Assembly: GCA_963796455.1 (NCBI GenBank)
Contig: CAWCLO010000004.1
Coordinates: forward strand, 352,001-416,000
DNA from: Candidatus Sulfomarinibacteraceae bacterium
GTDB lineage: Bacteria; Acidobacteriota; Thermoanaerobaculia; Thermoanaerobaculales; Sulfomarinibacteraceae
Length of the DNA stretch: 64,000 bases
Reading direction: 5' to 3'
The notes under the pieces are model-generated. The model was not told the DNA's origin. It worked only from the letters and a program-made list of their open reading frames with translations, and searched no databases. Below are positions 51,481 to 60,640 of this stretch, in pieces; position 1 is the first letter of the stretch, and each line of letters starts with the position of its first letter. The translations under genes and the position numbers were made by a program.

Positions 51481-53159
51481 CGTGCGACCTCGGCCAGCGC
51501 TCGCTCCCTTTCATCTTCGAATTCGTCTCCCGGATACCAGGTCGGCATCTGATCGGCGTTGGCAACGGCCAGGGCAAGCTCGAATCCGAGGAGGGCGTCT
51601 TCTACAACTCCGTCGTAGACCCAGCTGTCTTCCACCTCATCTGATGGTTGGTGGTAGATATTCTGGATCCACTCGGCGTCACGTGCTTCTCCCCACCCTT
51701 CCGGCCGATCGATGAAATCGGTGCCCGATTTGAACCAGATGGCGGGCACCCCGATGCGTGCGAAATTGAATTGGTCCGAACGGTAGTACCACCCGGCACG
51801 AAGGTCCTTTTCGCCGATCAGATATCTGTCCTGTTTGGCAGCCGCCTCGGCCAGGAGATCCTCGAGGGTTGATTTGCCTTTGCCAAAGACGGTCACGGCC
51901 CGGGTCCGGCCCCAGATGTTTCCGAGCTCGAAATTGATGTTTGCGGCGATCCTGCCTGGTGGCACGCTCGGGTGGAGGCCATAGTATTTCGAACCGATCA
52001 GCCCCTGTTCCTCGGCGGCAAAAAACAGCACGAGCACGCTCCGTCGCGGCGCCTCGGGGAGCGAGGAGATTGCCTCGGCCACTGCCAATGTCTCCGCCAT
52101 GGCGATCCCGTTGTCCCGTGCGCCGTTGTAAATCCGATCTCCGGTCCCGTCGGGCTCTCCGATGCCGAAATGATCGTGGTGTGCCGAGAGGACGAGGACC
52201 TCGTCTGTCAGGTCGGGATCGGACCCGGGCAAGATGCCGCCGACATTGGCAGTCACGGTTTGTCGGATCGAGGCCTCGAGATTCAGAGAGGTGGAGGCGC
52301 CGAGTTTGACCGGCTGGAACTCACGGGTTCTGGCGGATGCGACGAGATCCGCCAGGTCGTGCCCGCCAAGTTCGACGAGGCGAGTGGCGGCCTCTTCGGT
52401 CAGCCAGGCTTTGATGCCGAGTCTCGACTCGTCGCCGGTCGGCACCTCGAACTGCTCGCCGTTCCAGCCCGTTTGCACGACCTGCCAGGGATATCCTGCC
52501 GACGGTGTGGTGTGGATGATGATCGCACCGGCCGCACCTTGTCTGGCGGCGCTCTCATATTTGTAGGTCCAGCGGCCGTAATACAGTTTGCGTTCGCCGG
52601 CAAAGAGATCGGGGTCCCACTCGGGATCATCGTTGAGCATCAGCAGGATTTTCCCCTCGAGGTCGGCGTCTTTGAAATCGTCCCAGGTTTCTTCGGGGGC
52701 TTCGATGCCATAACCGACGAAGACGACCTCGGCGTTCTCGATCATCGTGGAGGCCTGCTGGGTGCCAATCGAGCCCATGTATTCGTCCCATCGCCGGAAG
52801 GAAATCTCGTTGCCCTCTCTGTTTGCAAAGGTCCACAGATCCGGCAGCTCGGTGGTCACCCCGAGCATCGATATCGGTTGTTCCCAACCGTTGTCGCCAA
52901 ACGCGGGCTGATATCCGGCCTTTTGCAAACGCCTCGCGAGCTCGGCGCGGGCCCGTCGGTCGCCATCGGTCCCCGGACCGCGGCCCTCCATTTCATCGGA
53001 TGCGAGCACGGTCACGGCCTCGCGGAGGTATTCAGCCTGGATCACCCCGGCTCCCGTCAGCGTGGTCTCTTCGGATCTGGAATCGGGTGCCTGTTGCGGG
53101 GCACCGCAGGCAAAGCTCATGAGGAGGATCAAACACGGCAACAAGGTTTCTTTCTTCAT
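51477..53159 (-). CDS. M28 family peptidase with PA domain, lipoprotein
   Basis: EGRGPG, SAHHDH, IYNGARDN, AEEQGL, YRSDQF, YHQPSD. Confidence 0.92.
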   Translation of the reverse strand: MKKETLLPCLILLMSFACGAPQQAPDSRSEETTLTGAGVIQAEYLREAVTVLASDEMEGRGPGTDGDRRARAELARRLQKAGYQPAFGDNGWEQPISMLGVTTELPDLWTFANREGNEISFRRWDEYMGSIGTQQASTMIENAEVVFVGYGIEAPEETWDDFKDADLEGKILLMLNDDPEWDPDLFAGERKLYYGRWTYKYESAARQGAAGAIIIHTTPSAGYPWQVVQTGWNGEQFEVPTGDESRLGIKAWLTEEAATRLVELGGHDLADLVASARTREFQPVKLGASTSLNLEASIRQTVTANVGGILPGSDPDLTDEVLVLSAHHDHFGIGEPDGTGDRIYNGARDNGIAMAETLAVAEAISSLPEAPRRSVLVLFFAAEEQGLIGSKYYGLHPSVPPGRIAANINFELGNIWGRTRAVTVFGKGKSTLEDLLAEAAAKQDRYLIGEKDLRAGWYYRSDQFNFARIGVPAIWFKSGTDFIDRPEGWGEARDAEWIQNIYHQPSDEVEDSWVYDGVVEDALLGFELALAVANADQMPTWYPGDEFEDERERALAEVAR

Positions 53160-53344
53160 GCAATACCCCCGGTGGCACGGCATTTTCGATTGTGCGCGTG
53201 CCGCGTGTTGAAGGTAGCAGAATCCGGCCGGTTCTTATGACGGGCAACGGGAAAACATTCGAATTCTCAGTACGGTCGTCGTTTTTGACGGCGTAGATAC
53301 ACTCGAAGTTTTTCTTCACTGCTGTCCAAAACAGATTGTCATTT

Positions 53345-53705
53345 GCGGTTGCCCCGTGCCCGCGTCCGCGTCCGCGTCCGTGCCCGAATTGCAGCGTCAG
53401 CGACAGGCAACAGCGAACAGGGACAGGGGGCAGCAATCAGTGTTCCGGGTCAGCGATCGGGTGTAGTGACGGCGAGGCCATCTCTGGGTCGTTCAACCGA
53501 AGGAACAGCGGTGGTGGTGTAGGCGTCTCGCCTGCACTCCGTCCGGCCGGGGCGGCCGCACCACAAAGACCGGAGCCCCGAAGAAGTGCGCACCGTTGGC
53601 TGCCCCGGCCGCTGATCGCTGACGCTGATGACTGAACACTGCCGCTGGCGACTGTTCGCTGCCGCTGCCCCTGATCGCTGTCCGAGACTTTTGTCTTGGA
53701 CAAGA
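53345..53705 (-). repeat. Modular REP-containing intergenic repeat, copy 2
   Basis: Reverse complement has the same modules in the same order as 3024-3327 and 58448-58782. Confidence 0.9.
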
Positions 53706-53722
53706 GTGGTTTCTCTTGCGGA

Positions 53723-54436
53723 CTAACGTCCGAAGACGAGGGTCCCTCCCACATGGCCGAGGGTCGCCATCACGACCATCGCCAGAGCCAAAAGGGTCAG
53801 CTCCACTGCGGCGAGACCCATCGCCATCGGCGATGCGAGATTCACCAACCCCGTGCTCGCCTGAAAGACGAATCCCGATGCGTGGAGCGCGGTTGCGATT
53901 CCGCCGCACAAAAAGAACAGGATCGAAAAAACGATCTTGAGGCGGATCTGCCAGTAGGGCCGGCGGCGATACCGCCGGTTCCAATCCCACAGACCGGAGA
54001 CGAGAGTCACCAGAGACAGACCGACCGAGACTGCCAGGAGCACCAGGGTGGCGTCGGCCAGAGCCGGTGCTTTGGCGACCAACGGAGCCAGGCCCGGCAT
54101 CAGTGGTCGAAGAACCGAGGCGAGGATCAAGAGACCTGCTCCAAGCACCGCAAATGGAAAGAGCCCGATCGGGATGTGGGTCGCCAGTGGGTGGATTCGC
54201 ATCTTGGGCTGCGGTCGGTGGAGTTCGACTTCGAGGACCACCGGCACGGCGTGGCCGTAGACCTCTTCGACGTCGAGCACGACACCGCACAGGGGACAGA
54301 CCATCAATTGGTTGCCGTCGGCATCGACCATGGCCAGCTCGAGGTGGCAGACCGGGCAGTGGAACCTGCGGCCGTAGTATTTGTTTTTGAATTTTTCGGC
54401 GACCTTGGCGACAATCTTACGAATATCGTTGACCAT
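53723..54436 (-). CDS. Zn-ribbon (CPVC...CPLC) plus DUF2231-like membrane protein
   Basis: Two CxxC motifs, HPLATHIPIG, four TM segments, GHVGGTLVFG. Confidence 0.75.
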   Translation of the reverse strand: MVNDIRKIVAKVAEKFKNKYYGRRFHCPVCHLELAMVDADGNQLMVCPLCGVVLDVEEVYGHAVPVVLEVELHRPQPKMRIHPLATHIPIGLFPFAVLGAGLLILASVLRPLMPGLAPLVAKAPALADATLVLLAVSVGLSLVTLVSGLWDWNRRYRRRPYWQIRLKIVFSILFFLCGGIATALHASGFVFQASTGLVNLASPMAMGLAAVELTLLALAMVVMATLGHVGGTLVFGR

Positions 54437-55576
54437 CTAGATGATCTCCTTTTTCCGCATCAGCTTGCCGACGATGATCATCTTTTGAATCTCGGTCGCA
54501 CCCTCGTAGATCTGGTAGATCTTGGCGTCCCGGATCAGCTTTTCGGCCGGCATTTCGGTCGTGAAGCCATAACCGCCGAGCACCTGGGCGCACTCGATAG
54601 CCGCGTTCATCGCTACATCCGCGGCAAACCACTTCGCCTCCGCCGCCTCGCGGGCGTTGTCTTCACCACGATCGAAGAGCCAGGCCGCCTTGTAGGTGAG
54701 GAACCGGGCCGCATCGAGGCGGGTCATCATCTCGGCCAGCTTGAAGGAGATCCCCTGGTTGGAGATGAGCTTCTTGTCAAAGGTGCGTCGTCGTTTGGCG
54801 TATGACAAAGCGATGTTGAGCGCCGCTTTGGAGATCCCGTTGGCTCCGGCCGCGACGCCGGGACGGGTGTGGTCAAAGGTCTTCATTGCGATCTGAAAAC
54901 CGTCGCCCTCTTCTCCGAGGCGGTTTTTCTCGGCGACCTTGACGTCTTCGAAGCTCACCCGCACCGTGTTGGATGCATGTTGCCCGAGATTGATCTCCTT
55001 GGGCCCGCGGATGATGCCCGGAGAGTCCGCTGGGACGATAAAGGCGGTGGGCTTGTCGTCCGCCCGCGCGAGCACGAAATACCAGCTCGCAACCGAACCG
55101 TTGGTAATCCACCACTTGATCCCGTTCAGGACGTAATCGTTGCCGATCTTGGTTGCCTCGGTTTTGACCCGAGAGACATCGGAACCGGCCTCCGGCTCGG
55201 TCACGGCGTAGGCGGAGAATTGCAGCTCCTCGGTCATGGGAGCGAGGAAACGCCTCTTCTGGTCGTCGGTGCCGGCGAGGATCACCGGGTACTGGGAGAG
55301 ACCATTGGCATCAATGGCAGTGGCAATTCCGGAACAACCGGTGCTCATCTCTTCCATCACCATGCAGTGGTCCAGCACCGAGTGCGGCGCGCCTCCGTAT
55401 TCCTCGGGGATGTGGGGGTTCATGAACCCTTGCTTGAAGGCCTCGCGGCAGATTTCGACTGGGAATTCCCCAGACCGGTCGTGTTCCATGGCCCGCGGAG
55501 AGATCCACTCTTTGGTGAAAGCACGGGCTTTCTCAACCAACTCGGTCTGTTCGGCGCTGAGGCTGAAATCCATCAT
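54437..55576 (-). CDS. Acyl-CoA dehydrogenase
   Basis: AVTEPEAGSD, LNGIKWWITNG, QVLGGYG, RDAKIYQIYEGAT. Confidence 0.95.
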   Translation of the reverse strand: MMDFSLSAEQTELVEKARAFTKEWISPRAMEHDRSGEFPVEICREAFKQGFMNPHIPEEYGGAPHSVLDHCMVMEEMSTGCSGIATAIDANGLSQYPVILAGTDDQKRRFLAPMTEELQFSAYAVTEPEAGSDVSRVKTEATKIGNDYVLNGIKWWITNGSVASWYFVLARADDKPTAFIVPADSPGIIRGPKEINLGQHASNTVRVSFEDVKVAEKNRLGEEGDGFQIAMKTFDHTRPGVAAGANGISKAALNIALSYAKRRRTFDKKLISNQGISFKLAEMMTRLDAARFLTYKAAWLFDRGEDNAREAAEAKWFAADVAMNAAIECAQVLGGYGFTTEMPAEKLIRDAKIYQIYEGATEIQKMIIVGKLMRKKEII

Positions 55577-56127
55577 CGCTGTTTCTCCTTCTGAACATCG
55601 ATCAGCTTGGGCGCGTCTCCCGAGTAGTCGGCGACACAGGCGAGCACGTCGAGCGGCGGGTCCCAGTCCATATCGGACTTGTACGAGGTTGAACCGAAGC
55701 CCTGGCGCCCGAGCGAGATTTTGAGGCCGAAGAAGGAGAGCCCGAATACCAACGCGCAGTTGCCCCCGACGATCGCCGCTCCCAGCCAGGACATCAATCT
55801 CGGTTCGGTCTTGGCGGACCAAAGCGAGATCATTTCGATCACCACCATGACGATCAAAACGAGCGACAGGATCAACTTGGCGCGGTGACTTGCCGGCCAA
55901 TTCACGTACATATGGTTGCGTTCGCTGATGCCGGTGAGAGTGGACGGCAGGGCGAGTATGGCGATCGCGCCGAGGGAGAACCAGAGCAATACAGACCATG
56001 TTCCCGGACCGATTCCGCCGATCCAGATGTTGCCGACCATGAGGACAAAACTCGCGGCAGCGAGCGGCGCACATGCGACCACGGTATGAACCAGCATCGA
56101 GTGCATGTGGAGAGGTCGATGATCCAT
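55573..56127 (-). CDS. DUF2231-like membrane protein
   Basis: HSMLVH, four TM segments, LTG; GGAGG RBS; stop overlaps the acyl-CoA dehydrogenase start. Confidence 0.65.
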   Translation of the reverse strand: MDHRPLHMHSMLVHTVVACAPLAAASFVLMVGNIWIGGIGPGTWSVLLWFSLGAIAILALPSTLTGISERNHMYVNWPASHRAKLILSLVLIVMVVIEMISLWSAKTEPRLMSWLGAAIVGGNCALVFGLSFFGLKISLGRQGFGSTSYKSDMDWDPPLDVLACVADYSGDAPKLIDVQKEKQR

Positions 56128-56362
56128 GGATCCTCCGTCGCCTGCCGCCCGTCAGACGGCATATTCGTATTTTGATGGTTGATCATATCATCTAACGTGA
56201 AAATGAGAATACATCGCAAAACAAGAGATCTATCCTGACCCTTGCTGCCCTGAAATCAAACGCCGCGTATCGAAGTCCATTCGCCGACGGCGAGGAGTCG
56301 GATTGCCGCATGAGCCGATTGCCCTATTCGAAACAGAGGTGCCGGCTGAAGATTCAGCACGA

Positions 56363-57532
56363 TCAGGTTCCCGAAAGGAGACCCTCGATTTCATCGAACC
56401 GGGCTTCGGTGTCGCCATCGCCGAGCTCCATGAGGCGTCGGGTGTAGTCGGGCTGGAACATGATCATGCTGAGGGCGTCCGGGCTTTCGGTCTCCCGCGT
56501 GCCGAGACCACGGGTGGCGAACCGGAAGGCACGCGGCAGCTTCGGTTCGAACTCAGCAGCGAGGCGCCCGAGATCCTGTGATGGGCGGATGATCAGGGTT
56601 TCGATGTGTCGGAGGGTTCGTCCATCGTTGCTGTCGACCGTGTCGGCCAGGCGATTGATGAGCTCGACTCGCCGCGCATCCTCGTCGTAGAGGTCGAGGA
56701 AAACCGAGTTCAGAAGCTGACCGAAAATCTGGGCGGGTGGCGGGTAACCACGCACCGCCGAGCGGTCGGCCTCGGCCTGGTTTCGGTCATATCTTGTGGA
56801 GACCGCGAGGACTCGGTTTGCACCGAGCTTGATGGCCGGTGAGAACGGCGGCGCGAGCCGGATGCCACCGTCGCCGTGCCAACCGCTGCCGAGTTGGACC
56901 GCGGGAAAGAGGATCGGCAGGGCGGCCGAAGCCATGACGTGTTCGACCCCGATCTCGGTTGTGATGCCCAGACGTTGCGGACGCCGCCACGGTCGTGCGT
57001 TCGTGCCCTGCATCCACACCACCGACTGCCCGGTGCCATAGTCGACGGTGGTGATCGCTAGGGCGCTGATAACACCGTCCGCTATGTTGCGGGCGATCCC
57101 CGGAGCGCCGCCATCGCCACCGCCGATGGCTGACTGCAGCAGGTCGCGGAGAGGTTCAGTGTCGACCAGAGCCCGCGGATCTGGGCCGATTCGCAAACCG
57201 CATGAGGCCAGTTTGCAGCCCCAGTTGAAGAAGTTTCTCGCCAGGGCCCAGACATCGGTACGAAAAACCCCGTCGACCGTCAGCGAGCCCCAGAGATCAG
57301 CCAGTGCGTCGGACGCTTCGGTTGCGGTGCCTGCGAAGGACGCCAGAAACGCAGCGTTGATCGCCCCGGCCGAGATGCCCGTGACGATCGGAAACCGGAG
57401 GTCGGGCCGGCGGCGAGCGAGACAGCGAAGCACACCGGCCTGGTAGGCGGCACGAGCGCCGCCACCGCCCAAAACCAGCGCGATATCTTCTCGGTCGGGT
57501 GACAACTGCCTGGTCATCGTGACCCCGATCAT
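56363..57532 (-). CDS. Patatin-like phospholipase
   Basis: LGGGGARAAYQ, GISAG, ASAALP, DGG. Confidence 0.92.
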   Translation of the reverse strand: MIGVTMTRQLSPDREDIALVLGGGGARAAYQAGVLRCLARRRPDLRFPIVTGISAGAINAAFLASFAGTATEASDALADLWGSLTVDGVFRTDVWALARNFFNWGCKLASCGLRIGPDPRALVDTEPLRDLLQSAIGGGDGGAPGIARNIADGVISALAITTVDYGTGQSVVWMQGTNARPWRRPQRLGITTEIGVEHVMASAALPILFPAVQLGSGWHGDGGIRLAPPFSPAIKLGANRVLAVSTRYDRNQAEADRSAVRGYPPPAQIFGQLLNSVFLDLYDEDARRVELINRLADTVDSNDGRTLRHIETLIIRPSQDLGRLAAEFEPKLPRAFRFATRGLGTRETESPDALSMIMFQPDYTRRLMELGDGDTEARFDEIEGLLSGT

Positions 57533-57796
57533 ACTCGCGATCCTGAAGAGGCGCGGCTGCCTGTACCTTTTGGCGATCCGCAGGAATTGTTTTCAACGTC
57601 GTTTTGCGAAATTCTCTCAGCGTGCTGGAGTCGGTGGAGCGTTCCTGGATTTCTATCGGCCATGACGATTTCCACTACTCACCCGAATCCGAGTTCATCG
57701 CATTCGGTCAGACCCGTGAGGGGAGCTTCAATGTGACGGTCCAGCCGGTGGAGAGAATCGAGAGTTTTGCGTCCGGGAGATCAGCTTGGAGCGCGC

Positions 57797-58408
57797 TTAC
57801 TCGGAGCCGCGCCATTCGCGCAGCATCTGCACGACCAGGCGACCGTTTTCCTCGCTGTAAACAAAGAGGCCGTCATCGGTGAAAAGTCGAGCGGCAGCTT
57901 CGGGGCGATCGGTGTGCAGCCAGGGTCCGAACTCGGAAAGCACCTCGCCGAGAGCGCGGGCACCGTCAGGGGACATGGTGGCGACGATCCGAGTGATCTT
58001 GCCGCTCGGGTTGAAGGTGAACACGGAGGATGGGTAGAACATGCTGCCGAGACCGGCGGTTTTCAACCAGTCGTTCTGTTCGCGGGCCTCGCAGGTCACG
58101 ATCGAGTCTTCGACGATGCAATTGCTGAATTCCACCTGAGCCTGAATACCGACATCGTAATGATGCAGAGCGCGAATGGAATCCAGATCGGGCATGGTGC
58201 CCATCCCTACCACCTCGAAACGGGCGTCGGGAGAGAACATGGCGAGGGCCCTTTCGACCTCAGATCTATTGTGCGACTCCTGGTAGGTGTTGATCAAGGC
58301 GAGGAAATCAGGCGCTCGGTTTTCGAGGGTTGGCGAGCGTTGAGGGGCGCATGCGGTGATCAACAGTACCGCGGCCAAAACCGTTGGCATCGACGAAATC
58401 CTATGCAT
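57797..58408 (-). CDS. SnoaL/NTF2-like lipoprotein
   Basis: Lipobox ITAC; ALAMFSPDA, GKITRI; AAGGAGG RBS. Confidence 0.7.
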   Translation of the reverse strand: MHRISSMPTVLAAVLLITACAPQRSPTLENRAPDFLALINTYQESHNRSEVERALAMFSPDARFEVVGMGTMPDLDSIRALHHYDVGIQAQVEFSNCIVEDSIVTCEAREQNDWLKTAGLGSMFYPSSVFTFNPSGKITRIVATMSPDGARALGEVLSEFGPWLHTDRPEAAARLFTDDGLFVYSEENGRLVVQMLREWRGSE

Positions 58409-58447
58409 TGTGTCCTCCTTGTGGGTGCACGGATCATACTTGATCAT

Positions 58448-58782
58448 TCTTGTCCAAGTCAGTGTCTCAGACAGTCTTCAGGGACAGCGACGGGGAACAG
58501 CAGACAGCGTCAGGGATCAGGGGTCAGCGGCAGCGAACAGCGACAGGGGCAACCAACGGCGCGCACTTCTTCGGGGCTCCGGTCTTCGTGGTGCGGCCGT
58601 CCCGGCCGGACGGTGTGCAGGCGAGACGCCTACACCACCATCGCTGTTCCTTCGGTTGAACGATCCGGAAGTGGCCATTTCGCTGCATGAACTCCAGACT
58701 GCCGCCGCTGCTCTCCGTCGCTGAACACTGTCGCTGCCGCTGCAATTTGGACGCGGACACGGACACAGGCGCCGGCAACCGC
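58448..58782 (+). repeat. Modular REP-containing intergenic repeat, copy 3
   Basis: Same modules as copies 1 and 2; core nearly identical to copy 2. Confidence 0.9.
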
Positions 58783-58937
58783 GGACCGGATTTGCTGAAT
58801 CTGGTGCGGTCATGTGGGCAACTCCACACGACGATCTGTTTTGGACAGCAGTGATATGAGATGAAAGCAGCGAATCGGACTCGTGTAACAATATCTCTCG
58901 TGACAAGACAGATACCTCGACCCGGGCTGGGAACGAG

Positions 58938-60284
58938 ATGATCGGAATCCTCAAACCCGCTCCTGCCGCCACACCGCTATCCGAGGAGCGGGTCGATCCC
59001 ACGTACAAACGACTGCGAATCCAGGTCTTCGTCGGTATCTTTGTCGGTTATGCGGGTTTTTACCTCGTCCGAAAAAACTTTTCCCTGGCCATGCCCTATC
59101 TCATCGAACAGGGATACACCCGGACCGAGCTGGGCTTCGCTCTTTCCGGGGTTTCCATCGCCTACGGACTGAGCAAATTTTTGATGGGATCGGTTTCGGA
59201 CCGAAGCAACCCACGATATTTCATGGCCCTGGGGCTCGGTCTTTCGGCCTGCGTCATGTTCGTGCTCGGGTTGGCGCCGTTTGCTCTTTCGTCGGTGGCG
59301 GCGATGGCGGTGTTGTTGCTGTTGAATGGCTGGTTTCAGGGCATGGGTTGGCCGGCCAGCGGGCGCACGATGGTGCACTGGTTTTCGGTCAGCGAACGTG
59401 GCATCAAGATGGCCCTGTGGAACGTCGCCCACAATGTGGGTGGAGGGCTGGTGGGACCGCTGTTTCTTCTCGGGTTGGCCGTGACCGGCGGTGATTGGCA
59501 TAGTGTTTTCTACATCAATGCTCTTTGCGCGCTGGCGATCGCCGTGTTTGTTCTGTTCACGGTTCGGGACACGCCCCAGTCCGAGGGGCTTCCGCCGATT
59601 GAAGAACATCGCAACGACCGTGCGCCGCACTATGACCCGGAGGTCGACGAGCGGGAGATGACTGCGGTCGAGATCTTCTTCACCCACGTCTTCCGCAACC
59701 GTCTCCTGTGGTACCTCGCCATCGCGAATGTCTTCGTGTACACCGTGCGCTACGGAGTGATCGACTGGGTGCCCACCTATCTGCAGGAGGCAAAGGGCCA
59801 CTCGGTGGATACCTCGAGTTGGGCCTATTTCCTTTACGAGTGGGCCGGGATCCCGGGCACCCTGGTTTGCGCCTGGCTCAGTGATCGAGTCTTCAGGGGC
59901 AGGAGGGGGCCCGCCAGTTTCATCTTCATGATCCTGGTGACAATGGCGGTGGCCGTCTATTGGATCAACCCCCCAGGCCGGCCCGGCGTCGATATGGCTG
60001 CGCTGTTGGCAATAGGGTTTCTGATCTACGGCCCGGTGATGCTGATCGGTCTCCAGGCTCTGGATCTGGTGCCCAAGAAGGCGGCGGGTACGGCCGCCGG
60101 GCTCACTGGGCTCTTTGGATACTTCGGTGGCGCCTTTGCCGCAAACATCGCCATCGGTGCGGCGGTCGATCGTTTCGGCTGGGACGGTGGCTTCTGGCTG
60201 CTCTTTGGCAGCTGTTTGATATCGGTGGCTCTCTTTGCCCTGGTGTGGAGGATTGAGAGCCGCTCGGTGACCGGCATATCGTGA
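58938..60284 (+). CDS. glpT: Glycerol-3-phosphate transporter (MFS, OPA family)
   Basis: [50 protein letters not shown]. Confidence 0.93.
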   Translation: MIGILKPAPAATPLSEERVDPTYKRLRIQVFVGIFVGYAGFYLVRKNFSLAMPYLIEQGYTRTELGFALSGVSIAYGLSKFLMGSVSDRSNPRYFMALGLGLSACVMFVLGLAPFALSSVAAMAVLLLLNGWFQGMGWPASGRTMVHWFSVSERGIKMALWNVAHNVGGGLVGPLFLLGLAVTGGDWHSVFYINALCALAIAVFVLFTVRDTPQSEGLPPIEEHRNDRAPHYDPEVDEREMTAVEIFFTHVFRNRLLWYLAIANVFVYTVRYGVIDWVPTYLQEAKGHSVDTSSWAYFLYEWAGIPGTLVCAWLSDRVFRGRRGPASFIFMILVTMAVAVYWINPPGRPGVDMAALLAIGFLIYGPVMLIGLQALDLVPKKAAGTAAGLTGLFGYFGGAFAANIAIGAAVDRFGWDGGFWLLFGSCLISVALFALVWRIESRSVTGIS

Positions 60285-60560
60285 GCCGACCCGGCTGCGG
60301 TTTCGCCCGATGGCCGATCCCTCGCACTGCTTCTGAGGCGTGAGGCGGGTTGGCACATCCACATTCTCAGCGCCGACGGTGCCGAGTTCGAGGTGCTTTC
60401 GGAAGAGGTGGATGATGGCGGGGCGGCTACGTGGTCGCCGGATGGGCGGTGGGTCGTCACCGGGGGGAGCGTCGCGGGAGTCCAGGGGCTGTACAAGATT
60501 CCGGTCCATGGCGGCACCGCGGAACGAATTGCCGATGCCTTGCGGGTGGATCAGCACGAT
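60285..60560 (+). pseudogene. Fragment of a TolB-like/PD40 repeat protein
   Basis: AVSPDGRSLA...ATWSPDGRWVV...GLYKIPVHGG with no start of its own before the first repeat. Confidence 0.55.
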
Positions 60561-60640
60561 GTCACCCATCGGTTCGAGTCGGTCAGAATCTTCGTGCTAG
60601 TCTCATTTCGAAAATTGAGTTTGCCACATGAGGAGCCTTG

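Noticed and set aside
53336..53754. Short ORFs sharing the peptides AGETP and LNDPE with ORFs near 3.1 kb and 58.5 kb
   Set aside because: Similarity comes from the DNA repeat; starts, stops and lengths are not shared among copies
56172..56192. FNR-like TTGAT motifs upstream of the DUF2231 operon
   Set aside because: Spacing does not fit TTGAT-N4-ATCAA
58977..60569. 530-aa - strand ORF
   Set aside because: Antisense shadow of glpT
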